25,126 nt of DNA from Actinomycetota bacterium. Lineage in GTDB: Bacteria > Actinomycetota > Acidimicrobiia > Acidimicrobiales > Ilumatobacteraceae. Each line of letters begins with the position of its first letter. The first letter of the stretch is position 1. The stretch lies in assembly GCA_005789925.1 (NCBI GenBank), contig SXWG01000156.1, positions 1-25,126 on the forward strand, in the 5' to 3' direction. Below are positions 23,600 through 25,126 of this stretch, piece by piece. The notes beneath the pieces were generated by a model. That model made no database searches, had not been told where the DNA came from, and saw only the letters and a list, made by a program, of their open reading frames with translations. The position numbers were made by a program, and so were the translations under genes.

Positions 23600-25126
23600 G
23601 GCTCGCCAACTCCTTCGACGCTCCACCTGCAGGCGGGTCATAATCCGAGTCCTCCGCGACAGATGGCTCCATGACCCATCCGAACGAGGACAAGAGCACG
23701 ACGGCTGCGCCGACGACCATCACCGGAACGCCGTAGAGCACGCCGAGACCGAGAACTCCGACGCCGATTGCCAACAAGAGCGGCCAGTACGAAGCAGACG
23801 GCAAGTGAATGTGGCTCTCGGCGTTGGCCTCTTCGTTGCGAACGATTTCTTCGCCGGTCGCGATCGCCTTCATCATGTGCGTCGCCTCATCCTCCACATA
23901 CTTGCGATGGAAGAACTCGTCGAGGTGATGCACGGTCGGGATGCGGTCGAAGTTGTGTTCCTTCGGTGGGCTCGTGGTTATCCACTCGAGCGTGCGTGCA
24001 TCCCACGGATCAAGCGGTGCCTGCTTGCCCTTACGTGCTGTTTGCACCATGTTGATGAGGAAGAACAACACTCCGAGTGCGAGCACGAACGAGCCGACCG
24101 AGGCGATCATGTTCCAGAAGCCGATGTTGAAGAAGCCTTCACCTGCGCGGGCTTCAGTCCACACGTACATACGGCGTGGCTGACCTTGCAGACCGAGAAT
24201 GTGCATCGGACCGAAGGTCATGTTCATTCCGATGAACATGAGCCAGAAGTTCCAGCTGCCCAACTTCTCGTTCAGCATCTTGCCGAACATCTTCGGCCAC
24301 CAGTAGTAGAAGCCAGAGAAGAGACCGAACACCATTCCACCAAACAACACATAGTGGAAGTGGGCCACGATGTAATACGTGTCGGTCTGTTGCGTGTCAG
24401 ACGGTGCAACCGAATGGGTGACACCAGAGAGACCACCGATCGTGAACAACACGACGAGACCAATGGCGAACTTCATTGCCGTGGTGAACCAAATCTTGCC
24501 ACCCCACATAGTGAGGGTCCAGTTGAAGATCTTCACTCCCGTTGGGATGGCGATCGCCATCGTCGCGATGGAGAAGACTGCCACCGACACCGGTCCGAGA
24601 CCTGCTGCGAACATGTGGTGAGCCCACACACCGAAACCGACAAACCCGATTGCCGCACCAGAGAACACGACGAACGGATACCCGAACAGCGGCTTACGTG
24701 AGAACGTCGGCAGCACTTCGGAGATGATTCCGAAGGCCGGAAGAATGAGCACGTACACCTCGGGGTGTCCGAAAATCCAGAACAAGTGCTGCCAGAGCAA
24801 TGGGTCCGCGCCTTGTGAAACGTCGAAGAAGGTGGCGCCAAAGGACCGTTGGAACATGAGCAGCACCAACGCCACGGTGATGACCGGAAGCGAGAACACC
24901 AGCAGGAACTGCACGACGAGGATCATCCAGGTGAACACCGGAAGCTTCATCATGGTCATACCAGGAGCGCGCATGTTCAGCACGGTCACGATCAGGTTGA
25001 TCGAACCGATGAGCGAACCGAGACCTGCGATCTGAAGGCCGAGGGTCCAGAAGTCGACACCATTGCTCGGTGAGAACACTGGTCCTGAATTCGGCGCGTA
25101 CATGAACCAACCACCGTCTGCGGCAC
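23592..25126 (-). CDS. ctaD: Cytochrome c oxidase subunit I, A1-type (5' end beyond the window)
   Basis: WIFGHPEVY, VWAHHMF, AHFHYV, GQPRR. The reading frame stays open to the window edge (AADGGWFMY). Confidence 0.97.
   Translation of the reverse strand, partial: AADGGWFMYAPNSGPVFSPSNGVDFWTLGLQIAGLGSLIGSINLIVTVLNMRAPGMTMMKLPVFTWMILVVQFLLVFSLPVITVALVLLMFQRSFGATFFDVSQGADPLLWQHLFWIFGHPEVYVLILPAFGIISEVLPTFSRKPLFGYPFVVFSGAAIGFVGFGVWAHHMFAAGLGPVSVAVFSIATMAIAIPTGVKIFNWTLTMWGGKIWFTTAMKFAIGLVVLFTIGGLSGVTHSVAPSDTQQTDTYYIVAHFHYVLFGGMVFGLFSGFYYWWPKMFGKMLNEKLGSWNFWLMFIGMNMTFGPMHILGLQGQPRRMYVWTEARAGEGFFNIGFWNMIASVGSFVLALGVLFFLINMVQTARKGKQAPLDPWDARTLEWITTSPPKEHNFDRIPTVHHLDEFFHRKYVEDEATHMMKAIATGEEIVRNEEANAESHIHLPSASYWPLLLAIGVGVLGLGVLYGVPVMVVGAAVVLLSSFGWVMEPSVAEDSDYDPPAGGASKELASHG

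Noticed and set aside
23592-23830. C-terminal two-TM extension of CtaD as a novel fusion
   Set aside because: Transfer of the first helices of subunit III onto subunit I is well known in caa3/bo3-type oxidases and matches the short CtaE here.
23460-24701. Long alternative ORFs (e.g. 23460-24701 +, 8131-9078 -, 1366-2145 +, 13561-14280 -)
   Set aside because: These are antisense shadows of well-supported genes in high-GC DNA, with no motifs or start signals.

Overview
This is a roughly 58-60% GC actinobacterial window, most consistent with Acidimicrobiia (Ilumatobacteraceae-like). That assignment is inferred from gene content and protein style, not from a database search. From left to right it holds: (1) the 5' end of msrA, which the ORF track missed; (2) a lower-GC accessory block (186-8126) with a compact Tad/Flp pilus operon (SAF/CpaB-like, TadA, TadB, TadC, Flp, two TadE-like, one TadG-like) ending in a membrane-anchored SARP/BTAD-like regulator, flanked by two orphan envelope proteins; (3) core genes: SEC-C-fused map, coaA, a small thiamine-binding-like/HTH pair, Nudix, M20 amidohydrolase, dut, orn, MBL hydrolase and acyl-ACP thioesterase; (4) a whiB7/wblC-type locus with an AT-box promoter, a 61-codon Ala-rich uORF and an intrinsic terminator, i.e. 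a probable ribosome-sensing attenuator; (5) tlpA/ccdA, pdxH, serS, an ABC-2 exporter, a GNAT, and the ctaD-E-F-G cytochrome c oxidase cluster (ctaD truncated at the window edge). Many genes have a TANNNT -10 box 5-8 nt before the start codon, indicating leaderless transcription, and I used this to correct several starts. No rRNA, tRNA, CRISPR array, transposase or integrase was seen.
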